64,000 nt of DNA from Octopus sinensis (lineage: Eukaryota). The stretch's first letter is position 1, and each line of letters opens with the position of its first letter. Location of the stretch: positions 22,072,001 to 22,136,000 of the forward strand of contig NC_043000.1 of assembly GCF_006345805.1 (NCBI RefSeq), written 5' to 3'. The notes under the pieces were generated by a model, which saw only the letters and a list, made by a program, of their open reading frames with translations, did no database searches and was not told the origin of the DNA. Below are positions 38,076 through 52,310 of this stretch, piece by piece. A program made the position numbers and the translations under genes.

Positions 38076-38581
38076 TCTATATATATAAAACTCTAGTTGT
38101 GTGAGTGTCTGTCCCCTTCGATTTAGATTCCTAACTCCTCCCACATTTTGCGGTGCAGTTTAACCAAATTCGGGTATCTTATAGTCGTGATTCATATCGA
38201 GCCCGTCTGACTATTAGCGCGCGTCAACGATGAGTCTACGATTTTAAAAATAATTTAACATCATTTTTTATTCCATTTTAATGCATAAAATGCATCGTGT
38301 GTCGATGGCGGCGGAGTTGGCGTCCACACTCACAGCTGCACCTGTTTGCTTCTCCCCCTTCCCTCCCTCGTGAAGCTGTGGGGAAGGGAGTGTAAAGAAA
38401 TCAACGTCGTAAAGCGTTGTGAAGGAAACCAACGTTCTTTTAGAACAACGACTTCATGGCTTGAAGACACCAAAACAAAAATGGCTAAGAAAGCCCGAAT
38501 TTATAAGGGAAGTAACTCTCTAAAAATGCTTATATAGTTATTTCCCTTACAAACCCGAGCAACGCCGGGCGATACTGCTAG
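38076..38581 (+). mobile_element. Non-autonomous Helitron (506 bp)
   Basis: 5' TCTATATATATAAAA, subterminal hairpin CCCG-AGCAACGC-CGGG (38554-38569), 3' CTAG, inserted between A and T with no TSD. Confidence 0.85.
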
Positions 38582-41084
38582 TTTTTTATAAAAATATTAT
38601 CAGATTCAATAAGATGCTTAATCTTTTCACTTTTCATGTTTATTAATTTTTGCTTTATTGAGCGTTAATCAATTTTTTAGTTAGGGGAGATAACCCAATT
38701 TTTTAATGGGGTGATTATAACTAAAAAGTACCATAGTCACAATAGTTATGCTCTTTCCTTTTTTTTTTCTTTTCTTTCAGGTTTGTTGCAATTGTATTTC
38801 AAACCCTTCGTCTAATTTTGAATTTGCTGTACTTTCTTGGTGGCCATTCCAGGCATTCACCACTTGGTAGATTTTATGTGGCTGCTTACTCTTTCCATTG
38901 CCAACCCGCACCTGTTTCCAAGCAAAGTAATATTTCCCCATGGCCAGACATGTTTGCACAGAATATTAGAAGTGGAAGACATTCATTTACAACAATCATG
39001 TGATGTCCACTCACACACACAAACATATATATGCAACAGGCTTCTTTCAGTTTCTGTCTACCAAATCTGCTCACAAGGATTTTGTCAGCTTGAAGCTATG
39101 GTAGAAGACACTTGCTCAAAGTGTCATGTATAGAAGAATATATCACTGTTATCAGTCATTTGAACTGGTCATTAATATATACATCAAGCAACAAATGACC
39201 AAGCACAAACCCTTATGATATGCCTCTCACTACCTATTTCTTTACTATCCACAAGGGGCTAAACACCGAGAGGATAAACAAGGACAGACAAACGGATTAA
39301 GTCGATTATATTGACCCCAGTGCGTAACTGGTACTTATTTAATCGACCCCGAAAGGATTAAAGGCAAAGTCGACCTCGACAGAATTTGAACCCAGAACGT
39401 TCACACAGATGAAATACCGTCAAGCATTTTTGCCTGGCATGCTAACGTTTCTGCCAGATCACCGCCTTAGCCTCTCACTACCTGCTGTCACATAAATGTT
39501 TCCTCGTCAACAACAACCCTTTTAGTCAATGCAGAATACTTCCAACAATATTGTAGCACCTCGGTTTATTCAGTTGCTTCCTGTGCTTAACCAGTTATAT
39601 CACAGTCAATCTACCAGGCATGAAATGAAATTGTTTGTCATGAAACAGGTTGGGGATGGGTGTAGGCTAGCCATCTGAAGGAGTCATGGGAGAGTATCAT
39701 TGGGCACTTTTAAAACTAGAGAAGCCCATCTCTTTCCAAGTTGGAACACAGTTAATTTCATCCAGTGACTGAGAGGGGAAAAGATAGACAGAGAATAAAG
39801 TGAGAAAGACGGAAAAAAAATGAGAAAAAGTGAGAAACAGGGAAAAGAGGGAGAGAAAGAATTGACTCCAATACTGTCTTGGAATTTTGTTTATTGATCA
39901 TAAAAGGATGAAAATCAAAGTTGACCTTGGTGGGGACTGAATTCAGAATATAAAGAGCTGAAATAAATACCACAAATATCAGTCGATAGAACATTAGAAA
40001 TTCTGTCCAATGTTCTATTGACTGTGAACTCACACCCCTGTACTTAACTGATTCAGTTTCTTCATATGTCTGATAATCTTTTCCTCACAGTGGCTTCAAT
40101 AATCTTACACATGATGTTGGTATGATGAATTAGTTGATAATCTCTTGTATCACATCCCTCCAGATGGCCAGTCACCCAACCAACACCTCAGCAGGTCACA
40201 TTTTGTTATTAACGATGCAGGGGTAGTTGTTTACTTACTGAGCTGTATATAGAAACACTGAAGGCATTACTGCATGGTTAATAAGTTTACTCCAAAGCCA
40301 TTTCATCTCCAGGTCTGTTCCTGCTGCTTGGCATTTTCAGTAAAGTTTTCTAGCAAAACTGGAATTAGATATATTGAAACTGTCCTAAGCTTGTCATCAT
40401 GATCTTTCTCATCCCCCGCCTCATCATTTAATTGCTGTTTTCCATGCTGGCATGGATTGGAATTCTGAGCTACAGGACTTCATCGTTCTTTTATGTGACT
40501 TTGGCACTGGATGCCCTTTCTAATGCCAGTCACTTAAAAGTATGTATTGAGTACTTTTTCATGTCACAAGCACTATTGAAGTCACTTACAAGACTTGAAG
40601 AGAAAAGGAGTCATCTGTGTGTTTTGGAGTTTAATTTCAAAGAGAAGTAGGTGACTTTATGCCATTTGTTGAGAAACTAAAGTATGACAGAGGACGGGCA
40701 CAGGTGTCTTGTTTGCTATTGAGAAGATACAAAGCTACTCCATATTATACAAGACTGGCTGGAAGTAGCTGGAAAGAAGATAGAGATAATGGTGATGAGG
40801 TGTGAAAGTGAACTCTCAAGGCACAAGAAGATAAGCATAAAAGAGGGTACAGGCAGTAGATGAGGAGGGAAGGAGAGGTTGGGAGCTTCATGAGAATGTG
40901 AAAGTAACAGATGCGATTAAAGGAGAATATAGTGAGTGATGTAAAAAGTTTGCTTCCCTTTCACATGGTTCTGGGTTCAGATCACTGCGTGACACCTTGG
41001 ACAAGTGTCTTCGGCTATATTCTTTGGCCAATCAAAGCCTTGTGAGGGGATTTGGTTGATGGAAACTGAACGCAGTTCATCATC

Positions 41085-41145
<61 letters not shown>

Positions 41146-41694
41146 AAACGGAAAATATGTGTGTGTACTGGCCTTTTGCTTGAGCCCCTCCTTAAAATCA
41201 ATATTTTTCATCCAATCTCGTTCATGCTGGTGACATACATCACTTATATTCCAGAGATGGTCATAGACTCTTCAAATTTTCCACATAATAAGTATATCCG
41301 CCCCTAGGGGATGAAAACACCTCATAGGTAAATAACAAATACCAACGATCGTTGCTTCAAGGGACACTACTCTTGATGACGTTACGCTACTTTCACTTTG
41401 TCTTCTAGTACAGTTTTTACAATACCCATTCACAGCAAACTGCCGATATTTGCACATTAGTACTTCTTTGAGGTAGCTATGCAATTTGAATCAACTTTTA
41501 ATTATATTTTAAATGCCTTCAGAAGTTAATCCATATTATATATATTCTCTGCTTTTGCACGTACAAAGTTGTGATAGTTATACAGTTTTTATAATGCCCG
41601 TTCACTGCAAACTGCCGATATTTGCACGTTAGCACAGGGCTGTTTTTGCACCTACAAATGCAGCTCCCACCACTCTTAACTACGACTTACTCAG

Positions 41695-42221
41695 TAAGCT
41701 ACCTTCTCAAGAACGTTGTTACAGATCAGTTGATACCGTTATCGACCCCGATCAGATTACACACTTTCCATCAGAATTTCTCAACTCCCAACAATTCTCC
41801 AGGACTCCCTCCCCATGAACTTCACTAAAAAGTCGGTTGCCCTGTCATCCTCCTACGCAGTCCAAATGCATCCACACTCTGCAATGGAACTTGCCTTGTG
41901 GTCAAACAAATGATGGATTACGTCATTGAAGCCCAAATTATCACAGGACACGGCAAAAACAATACCGTTTTTATTCCAAAAATTCCGCTAACCCCAACAG
42001 ACTGCGCCGACCGTGTGCAGGTACCTCAGTTCCTTGTCAAACTCAGCTTCGCTATGGCAATTAACAAGGCTCAAGGTCAATCGCTGAAAGTTGTCAGATT
42101 GGACCTTCGAACGTCATGCTTTTCACATCGTTGTTCCAGAGTTGGCGATTCAGATAACTTATTCATCTATGTTCCTGAAGGAAAAACTAAAAATGTCGTC
42201 TTCAAAGCAGCCCTACTGTAG
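41695..42221 (+). mobile_element. Helitron PIF1-like helicase C-terminal relic
   Basis: PSEFLN..PGLPPHELH*KVGCPVILLR..LCNGT..LSFAMAINKAQGQSL..SRV..GKTKNVV. Confidence 0.88.
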
Positions 42222-43584
42222 TTACTCTTCTACTGCAATCTTCACATCTACGCCAAACTGTAGCTATTAGCAATCAGAATTTCTACAAGCATTTCCTTGA
42301 TATATATGGGATAAAGTGGTGAGAGTGGATCTTCAGGCGTTGGGCTTCACAGAGGGAATAACAGGGGACACATGAAGCTAAGTAAAATCATGGTTGTCCT
42401 TGCATACAGGCATGTCCTTTGCATCTTTCTCCTGCTGACCATTCATAATCTTGAAGGGTTGTGGGTGCCGATGCCACGTAAAAAGCACCCGTACTGGTAC
42501 CACATAAATGCAGCGTAAAAGCACCCAGTACACTCTGTAAAGTGGTTGGTGTTAGGAAGGGCATCCAGTCATAGAAACCATGCCGAAATACACATGGAGC
42601 TTGGACCGCTCTTCAGCTGACCAGCAACTGTCAAACTGTCCAATTCCTGTCAGCTTGGAAAACAGACATTAAATGATGATGATATATGTATGTAAAAACT
42701 TTCACTTCCTTTTCCGAGATTTGAAACCGATTCTAAAGATTCTCGCTCGTCTGATCCTCCACTGTCCAGGCACGAAAGAAATTTCTTTGTCCAGTCAAAA
42801 AGTGATGGATGGATTTGCCTTCGACCTACGACTGGAGCTGTGTCATTTAAGGTTCAAGTGGACAGGAGGCGACCTACATAAGTAGAAATTACTCCTGTGG
42901 TATGTATGTCCTTCTAGCTGTCATGACCATTATAAATACAGTCAGATAGACATCAAGCGGAAGTCCGTCAAAGGGCTGTAGATAGCCATCACCAGGCGAA
43001 CTGTCAAGAGACAAGCAGACAGCCAGCGAGTAACTTGCGCCAGTCAAGCAGCCAACATAGAACCTCATATTCAGCATGAACGACCTAATACAGTAGCAGT
43101 TGCAGAACATAAACAGACACCACCGAATGACCAACGAACACACAGACACAAAACATCACATCGACACAGTATTTCCCCTGTTTATTTTCTTCTTCGCCAA
43201 CTCGAAGCAAGTTGGTAATGTCATGTAGTGAATTTTTTGGTGTATACAACAAGTAAATGCAAGTCTCGATTAAATTATTTAAACCAAAATCTGTTTTACT
43301 TTGATGTCGTCCACATGCCTATTTCATCTGCTGCACCATCCCGCTACATATATATGTACGTATGTCATTGTGTTCGTCCCTTTGACAACTGGTGTATTTA
43401 TGTCCCCGTAACTTAACGGTTCGGCAAAACGAATTAGATAGAATAGGTAACAGGTTTTAAAATAATAAGTGTTAAGGTTGATTCACTTGACCAAAAAGTT
43501 CTGCATGAACGCAGTCTAATGAGTAAGAAATAAAGAATATCTTTTGCTGATTTACAGCAAAGTTCCTACTGCAGAAATGGTGGC

Positions 43585-44080
43585 GAGCTGGCAGAATCGT
43601 TAGCACGCTAGGTGAAATGCTTAGCGGTATTTCGTTCGCCGCTACGTTGCGAGTTCAAATTCCGCCGAGGTCGACTTTGTCTTTCATCCTTTCGGGGTCG
43701 ATTAAATAAGTACCAGTAATGCACTGGGGTCGATATAATCGACTTAATCCGTTTGTCTGTCCTTGTTCGTCCCCTCTGTGTGTAGCCCCTTGTGGGCAGT
43801 AAAGAAATAGGTATTTCGTCTGTCTCAACGTCCTGAGTTCAAATTCCAACGAGATCGACTTTGCCTTTCAGGGTCGATAAATTAAGTACCAGTTGCGTAT
43901 TAGGGGTTCAATCTAATCGACTGGCCCCCTCCCCCAAAGTTTCGGGGTCCTTGTGCTTTTCTGAGTATTCTGGAAGAATCGATAGCTCGCCGGCCAAAAT
44001 GCTTAGCGTCGGCCGAGGTCGATAAAGCAATACCAGTCGAGTACTGAGTCGATATAATCAGCTGTCCCCCAAATTGGTGA
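43585..44080 (+). mobile_element. Tandem of 2-3 copies of a third SINE family
   Basis: Repeated GAGTTCAAATTCC...GGTCGACTTTGCCTTTCATCC...AAGTACCAG. The same family occurs at about 5300, 9490, 10705, 19020, 21980, 31380, 39235 and 50240. Confidence 0.8.
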
Positions 44081-44289
44081 CCTCGTGCCATAGCCAATAT
44101 TTTGTATTCGCATTACAGAAACTTCCACACAGTAAACTAGTCCTTAGCTCGATGGCAACCTAGAGACCTTCAAATTACGGCTGAAAACACAATTGCAAAA
44201 AATACTTTGAAAATCCAGTTACACCCACTTAATTTCTACGAAACTGAAGAAAAAAAATTATTAAAGAAAAACTAAAATAATAGGGAGGC

Positions 44290-44361
44290 TGCCGTGACCA
44301 GGATTCGAACCTGGGTTACCACGGCCACAACGTGGGGTCCTAACCACTAGACGATCACGGC
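44290..44361 (-). tRNA. tRNA-His (GUG)
   Basis: Reverse complement GCCGTGATCGTCTAGTGGTTAGGACCCCACGTTGTGGCCGTGGTAACCCAGGTTCGAATCCTGGTCACGGCA. Full cloverleaf, anticodon stem CCACG/CGTGG with loop TTGTGGC, intact A/B boxes, T-run terminator downstream, no intron. Confidence 0.97.
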
Positions 44362-46869
44362 TATGAACCTCCCACTATCATTTGCTTTACTTTTAATATA
44401 TGAATTCATTTCCCTGAAGTAACCGTCTTTGTGTTGATGTTTTTATATTTATTTTTTTACCTTTATCCTTTATGATAGAAACAAATTGCTTTTATTGTAT
44501 AAGTCGGTAAAATAACTGGATATGATTACTTTTCTGATTGCTAGTTTTATTATAGTCATCGTACAAATCGTTAAATGTTTTTATATATCTTCTTTCGTTA
44601 TGCATTAAGCTTCTTTTTTGCTTATTGAAAAAACGTTCATATTAAATTCCTTCTTCGTGATATTTGCAGAAATATTGTTTCACTATTACTGTATAGATCC
44701 GCTTTCATAGTTCTTTTTTTAAGTATTCAACCTTATTTGACTACTTCTAAAATTTGTGACATATGTATCAAATAATTTCCCAGTCAGTAAATCAATTTAA
44801 CGATTTTAAAACATCTATTGTATATACACACACACATACACTTAAATACACACACATACACACACACATACACTTAAATACACACACATACACACTCATT
44901 CAAACAGACACACGCACACGTACATATATATATTTATATGAGAATTGCTGCCTGTCCAAAATATATAGGAACGAAGACGGAACTGTTTATATTATTATTT
45001 CAGTGGTGTTTGACAGAATATGAACTAAAAGAACAATTATTTTTCTTCTGAATCAGTTTATCGGTTTATTTCTGACTCGAAATTTACAAACATTTCCCAC
45101 TACTATTACTATTCCAAGATAATATTACAAAATGCAGTTAATATATCACATGTCTTTGGGCATTTTATATTTTTCGTTATCTTTTCCCCAACATTCCTGT
45201 TGTTCGTTTCTGTAACTCTGTGGTGTTTATTTCATATACATTACCTAAAATAGCAGTGTTTCCAACGATTATATTATGATTGTGTATAAAATCTGGCTTC
45301 TATGAAGTTGGCCTAAAATATTGTCGCTGGAATATATATATCTGTATCATTTTAGTTTCTTCTTTTTACTGGCGTCAATCATTTGGGCTTGCGACCATTC
45401 TAGGACACTTCCTTGCTGGATTATAATCGATCGATCGATAATATATCGAACAAACCCTGTGCTTAATTTCAAGTCTGATACTTAATCCTTTTTATCCCTC
45501 CTGTATGTGATTAGCCCACCAATGATTGGGGGTCATTTAGTATTTTGAGAAATACGAAGCAAAACATGCTAACGTCTGGTGTCCAAATAGAAAATCGGAA
45601 TTAAATAAAAGATTAACTCTACCAAAACCAGAAGCAAAACATACAAAATCGCAAACGGAACTCATGTAAAGGTAAGCAATACAAAAACTATTAAGGAATT
45701 TATTTGGGAGTTGTCTGTGTTCGCGGTAAAATCAAATGTAGTTTATATGGTTTATCATACTGGCACAACGCAACCAATCTGAAGAATCAAGTGTTTTTTC
45801 TTGGAAAGATGTAAACTTATTTCTTTTGAGTATTCGGGATAGCCAAGTTACTTCTTTGGTACATTTTGCATTATTATGTTTTTTTTCAATTGCCGCCGCT
45901 TCGATCACAGATTACCGAAACGGTCATATACCAATCGATTGAATCAGTCAAGTGTGCCTTGCATTTATTTCATTGACAACAAAATGTATGAACGGAGTAT
46001 ATCAACTTTGACGGCATTTGAACTCAGAACAGGAGGTGAGGGTACGAAATATTGCCCCTGAAATGTATCTATCATAACATAAAAATAAAAAAAAAAAGAA
46101 TTAAAGTTTTCTATAAAGCAATTTTTATTTTCATATATAAGATGTAACAGTAAAAATTTGTAACGGTTGAGGCTGAGTTTGTTACTGCTGTGATTGATTT
46201 GCAAACAATAAGATGGATTTGGTGCACATTAGGATGAAATGTCGGAGTCGTAATCAGTTTGTAAGGATTGGTTCTTCGTTGATTGCCATTATGTAAAGAT
46301 GAAAGAACAGTGATTGAAGTTGGTAAGAAAATACATATTTTTACCGTTACACTGAATATACCTTGCCTCGACGGGCAGGTGATAAAATCCTAGAGCATGC
46401 GTAGTAAAGTTAGATGTGGTAGATTTTCCTTGTATAGTTTTGTGTACACGTTTTCTTAGCAGTAACCCACTGATAGCGATAGAATGATGTTGTAAGAGAA
46501 CAGAAATAGAGCTAGTGAAAATTGTAGGGTCGTGGGAAGTTGTTTCATTGTTGCTGACAATAAGTTTCATTTCTCCCTCTGACCATTGTCTTTAGTAGCT
46601 GCCTTGCTTGTGTTCATGATTCTAACATTCTGCTCACTAACTGATGGTAGTTGTCTCTGACATGAGCCGACTAACTGAGTTGTCACCAAGGGACTAACTT
46701 ATTTCTTTATTTGTCAATGAATGACACACAGAGAGGGGACAATACAAGACAATACAAAACATTTAGGTTTGGGAGTTATGACTTAATGGAAATCGGAAAA
46801 ATGAAATCGAGAATCGTATAAAAATTTCTGCGATTATATATTTAGTTTCTTTTCAAAGCCGTTTGCAAT

Positions 46870-47670
46870 CAAACGTTCAGTTTACCAGGGCTGCTCCCTG
46901 TCCCCACTTCTGTATGTGCTGGTTCTTGAGTCACTGCTGTGGAGGTTGGAGGTCACGAGGGTGGGGAGACCTGCGTGGTTTTTGTGACGGTCTGAAAGTG
47001 ATGGCATATGTGGATGATGTCACCATCAGCATGTCTGATGAAGGGCAGCTACCTTGTGTAGAAGACGCCATTAAAAGATATGAAGTGGTGGCAGGACCAA
47101 AAATTAACCAGGAAAAATCAGTCGGCTTGCAACTCGGCGCCTGGAGGGGCAAGTTGAAGCCTCCCAATAGCATCATGGGACGTTGGACAGAGGTCCCAGT
47201 TAAACTGCTTGGAGTCTGGTTTGGTTCAGATCTCCAGTTGGAGCAAAACTGGAGTGAGGTCATGGGCAAGGTGAGGCCATAACCCAGACTTGGTCTGGGA
47301 GGTCGCTATCCTTGCTAGGGAGGGCAGAGGTTGCGCAGGTGTTTATAGCATCTTGAATAACCTACCACCTAACCGTTGTACCTTGTCCTGGTTTGTGGCT
47401 GAACAAGTTGGAACAGATCCTTTTCCACTTTTTGTGGGAGGGGAAACCACCACTTGTGAGGTGTTCCATTTGCTGCCAGAAACCACTAAAGGGTGGGTTA
47501 AGGATGCCTTGGTTGATGATGTGCATGTATGCGTGAGGCTGAGACACCTCTGGCTCTACCTGGATGGTGAACGGGTGTGGTCACCGCATGTCAAATTCTT
47601 CCTGCCACATTTGACGTCCCTGTGGGACGTAGGAGCATGGATCATGTGGAGACCAAAAACCAAATGACTA
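46870..47670 (+). mobile_element. Tx1/L1-clade LINE RT fragment
   Basis: QGCSLSPLLYVLVLE, AYVDDVT, KINQEKSVGL and KLLGVWFG motifs, frameshifted. Confidence 0.8.
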
Positions 47671-49801
47671 ACTGATTTTTGCTTGGGGGTTTTTGTTTTT
47701 ATAATTATCTAGAAGGATAGACATATCATTGAGAACAATAAATTTAGTTGGTTGTCTTGTTATCTTAATTCTAGCTTTTGGTGAAATAGAAGAGGTTAGA
47801 AGGGTCAAGTGGTGAAGACATTATTTTGGCCTAGCTAAGGCATCTGTCAAATGTAAACTGTCACAGAAAGAGAAAAGTTCTGTTGAAGTGTTAATTTAAA
47901 TTTGGCTATCTAGGATCGAATCCACTTCATGCCTGCAAGCTCCACTACAAACATATAAACATGGACATCTTTTAGAACATTGTCATTTTATAAGATTTTG
48001 CTGGCAAATTTTCAAATTTACATAAACATTTATTTACATGAAGAAAATTACCAGAGAACTTTTGTCTAATTCTTCCAAATATTGAAACCATTCGTGCGGA
48101 ATTTTGTGTTTTTCATCAAAGTGACTGGTCATACACCAGAAGAAAAAGACAAAGTTACCATAGGTGGGATTTGATCTTAGAATGTAGGTGTTGTAATTAA
48201 ATATTGTGTATACATTTTGGCCAAGGCTCTGACTCTGCCTGTCCAACTCTGTCCCCCGTTAAATGTTGATCCTTTCAGTAACTGAATATTTTGACAGGTT
48301 TAGACAACAGGCAAACTTGTATTCCTGCAAGGTACCCAAGATGTGAATGGAATTATAACAAATTAACTGGATTGATTAAACACATCTCCTACAGAATATG
48401 TCCCCATGGCAATCTTTGAAATCATCTTATTGTACTTGAGTGACAGCAGCTGTCAGTGACTATGTATCTGAACCCCAAATGTGAAGTTACCAGTTCACTG
48501 TCATAAATGAAGCCACACCATTTTCACATGAACAACCTATAAAATGATCGATCAATCAGCTTGAAGTCATGTCATGAACAACATCTCAAATATTCTTGAG
48601 AGTCGTATCTTTTTTCACTAGTTAAGAAATTTAGCACCAAAATCATCCTAGAGTGCTGTTAGCATTTCAAGTAGGACAGATCTCAGTTTTCACCAAGCAA
48701 ATCAAGAGAAAACTGTAACAAATTGTGGCAGACTCATAACTTGTTGTCTCTCACTTTCCAGATTACAATTGGCCAAGCAAATACAGTTAAGTCAATCCCT
48801 GTGACCTTGTCACGTTATTACGAGTGAAGATTTGATAATATATGCATGCATACATGCTTAGACTTCCTTTAATTAAGTCTGATGTTAAATGTTCATGGAT
48901 TTGCTTTTGTTGTAATTAGGACCAGTTTTAAACCAATTAGACAGATTTGTTCAAATTAGGCCTGACATGCATGCTTGAGTGGAGGACACTATGATGAATT
49001 TTTAGTACATCATTGTGGCTAATGGTGGAGCCGCAAGCCCTCAATGCTTTTTGGCTGGGACTGGCGTAGCATATTAAGCATAAAACACGTCTTCAGCTTT
49101 TGTAGAGTGGAGGACCCCACTGACAATTCTCTGACACTGACACTTCCTAGCACTGGCCCTAGTTGTAATATCTGCTGCTAGCCTTATCTCACACCATGAT
49201 TAATACAGCAACAATATCAACTTGGATAATGATAGCACATACTTCAGTGCCAAAACCACAACACTAGGTAACCCCTGCAACCAAAAACCACAGTAACACA
49301 AGCTCATGAGTATTTCATTCTGTGTGTGTGTGTGTGTGTATTTTTTGCTTTTCATTTAATTGCTTGATGTATCAAACCATTATTGGGTCAACATGTGGTG
49401 AAGGCAGTACAGCTCATAACGCAAATAGCGTAATTATAATGTCATCATTGTCATCACCACCATCATCATTAAACATTTCTTTATATACTGGCAGTTTGAT
49501 AGGAGCTGGCAAGGCCAGAAGCATATTAGCTTCCATTGCCTGCTTTGGCATGATTTCTACAGCTGGATGCCCTTCCTAATGCCAACCACTTTACAGAGTG
49601 TACTGGGTGCTTTTTATGTGACACAATCACCAACAAGGTTACCAAGCACCTTGCAAGACAAAATATCAGTTTGCTAATTCAAATCAAGTCAACCTTAGCT
49701 TTAGTTATTATTCTTATGTAAAATAGATACCCCAAAACTACAATAAATTAAATAATGGTTTAAATGAATAAAGACTACATCTTCAAGAGGTGGAAAAAAT
49801 A

Positions 49802-50186
49802 CTGTAGAACCTCACAATACGAGTGCCCCATTGTATGAGTAATTTGCTGTACAAGCCGAGACTTGTGCAAATTTTTTTCTTGAAGTACAAGCGGAAATCC
49901 CCAGTACAAGCACACAAGTCATCCCATCTTTAAGGTAATTCAGTTAATAAAACCAGTTTACATATTTCTTTTGCATTCTCTTTTTTATAATTGTCAATTT
50001 ACTTGTCACTACACCATTTCTGTTTTAAAACACACAAAAAATTATTTTTGAGTTGTTTTGCGGGGCTGTAATGGATTAATCATACTTTAGTTAACTTCAA
50101 TGGGGAAAATTGATTTGTAAAATGAGTAAATTGTAAGATGAGCTTGGTCATGGAACGAATTAAACTCATACTCTGAGGTATCACTG
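49802..50186. mobile_element. pogo/Tigger-like MITE
   Basis: TA-flanked imperfect TIRs CTGTAGAACCTC..TACGAGT and (reverse complement) CAGTGATACCTC..TATGAGT. Confidence 0.5.
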
Positions 50187-50626
50187 TATTAATAAATCAA
50201 AAATTTATGTTGTCTGGTATTTAATATATTTGTATTTGATAAGGTGGTGAGCTAGCAGAATCGTTAGCATGCCGGGCGAATCCTTAGCAGTTCTGAGTTC
50301 AAATTCTGCTGAGGTTGACTTTGCCTTTCATTCTTACTGGGGTCAATAAAATAAGTACCAGTTGAATACTGGGGTCAATGTAATTGACTTACCTCTTCCC
50401 CTGAAATTGCTGCTCTTGTGCCAAAATTTGTATTTGTTTATATTGTTTGAAAACATACCACAAGAGGAGATGACAAGGGACTGAGATCTCTGACAATTTT
50501 CTGTACTTGAGAAAAAACGTTGAGCCATGTAAAATTGGGGTCATACATAAAGGCATGTCCTTTACAAACATATTACCCCCATATATATATCAACATTGTT
50601 TAACATCCACTTTCCATGCTAGCATG

Positions 50627-50666
<40 letters not shown>

Positions 50667-50676
50667 TGGTGACAGG

Positions 50677-51008
50677 GTGAAGGCGCATGGTTCAGTGGTT
50701 AGAGTGTCAAGCTTACGATCGTGAGGTTGTGACTTCGAATCCCAGACCGGGCTGCATGTTGTGTTCTTGAGCAAGACACTTTATTTCACTCAGTTCACTC
50801 AGCTGTAGAAATGGGTTGCAACATCACTGGTGCCAAGCTGTATCAGCCTTTGCCTTTGCCTTGGATAACACTGGTGGCGTGGAGAGGGGAGGCCAGTATG
50901 CATGGGCGACTGCTGGTCTTCCACAGACAACCTTGCCCAGACTTGTGCCTGGGAGAGTAACTTTCTAGGTGCAATACCACGGTCAGTCATGACTGAAGGG
51001 GGTCTCAG
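50677..51008 (+). mobile_element. tRNA-derived SINE (second family)
   Basis: Head GGCGCATGGTTCAGTGGTTAG...TTCGAATCCC, core TTGTGTTCTTGAGCAAGACACTT, 12-bp TSD ACTGGTGACAGG. Related copies near 8510, 18280, 33735 and 61700. Confidence 0.85.
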
Positions 51009-52258
51009 ACTGGTGACAGGAAGGGCACCTGGCTGTAGAAGATCTGCCTCTGTAAACTCTGCCTAAGCAAGGAAAAGTGTCATTAAACAACGATGATCAT
51101 GATGATGATACATAGTTAATAAACTTGTAGAAAACAACAAAGCAACAAAGCATTTTCAAATAGTGGGACTTTATAGATTTTGTTGAGTAAAAGTTATTGA
51201 TAATATTCATTGAACCAGGACTTTGAATATTGTTTTTAACAGCTTACTCAACATGTCTATACACGTCTCTCTGCCTCTACCTCTCTCTCTTCTCTTCCCT
51301 CGTGACCGGCGTTCAGTCAAGCCTGATCCTTCTTTCTTGGTCTGGCTGTTGTCCGTGCAACATTGATATTCCTCCCTGTGCCTGTGAAATCTTGTATCTC
51401 TTCTGTAAGGCTTCATTTCCACACATGCCAGCTTAATTTAATTCATCCTTAGTTGAAAGACACCTGTTGTTATGTCCTGTTATTATTTTTATTGTATTTG
51501 TGTAACATTGTAGGTTTTTTTCTGTCCCTGTTTTTGTATACATTCGCTGTTTTCTTCCAAGGAATCTAATGCTCTTAGCTTAGTTTTCCCTTGGGGCTGG
51601 CCAGATTGAAGCAATCTCGAGTATAATCAGCCGAAATTGCAAAGATAATCTGGTACTCGACTGAGGAAAGAAAACTTTGAATGACCCGTCCTTGTTTTCT
51701 TTGTATTGTCTATCAGGATGTTTTGTTGTCCCATTTTTGTATCACCTAACTGTCCAGATGTTTTGCGTTCTTGTCCCATTTTGTATTTTATATATATATA
51801 TGTGTATATATGTGTGTACCAATACACTTGATTCTGTACCGAACAACTACTTTACATAAAGTACTGGGTATTTTTCTTTCTCTTTTTTTTTTGTTTTGTA
51901 TCATCAGCACTAGAGAGGTATCATATCCGTAACAAGACTTCATCACCTCACACTTTACAGAGTGCAAGGGTCTTCACCACCTCACACCTTACTGGGGGCA
52001 TTTTTCATGACCTCAACACTAGAGAGATAGCCATGTCTGTAGTACAAATAAAGAGGCTTCACGATCCTATGTCTTTGCTCACTCATCACCCTCTTTACAG
52101 AAGGAAAAGCATGAGTGATAGAGATATGAATGATAGTTATAAGAGATATGCAATAAAGGAGGAGTGGTAGGAGGGGTTAATGTTTTCACTGACATATGAA
52201 CATTCAAGGCAATGCAATGTTTCATGTATGAGTATGTATGTATATGTATATGTGTGTG

Positions 52259-52301
<43 letters not shown>

Positions 52302-52310
52302 TATATATAT

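Noticed and set aside
42897-43200. Possible second LTR (TGTG...CACA with a PPT-like AGGGGAAA on minus)
   Set aside because: Only 4-bp terminal match, no TSD and no clear PBS; too weak to call.
44290-44361. Functional link between tRNA-His and nearby TSEN34
   Set aside because: The tRNA has no intron and lies 19 kb away; proximity is probably coincidental.
48034-48246. Short ORFs and a possible mini-exon
   Set aside because: No frame gave a recognisable peptide or connected to other exons.
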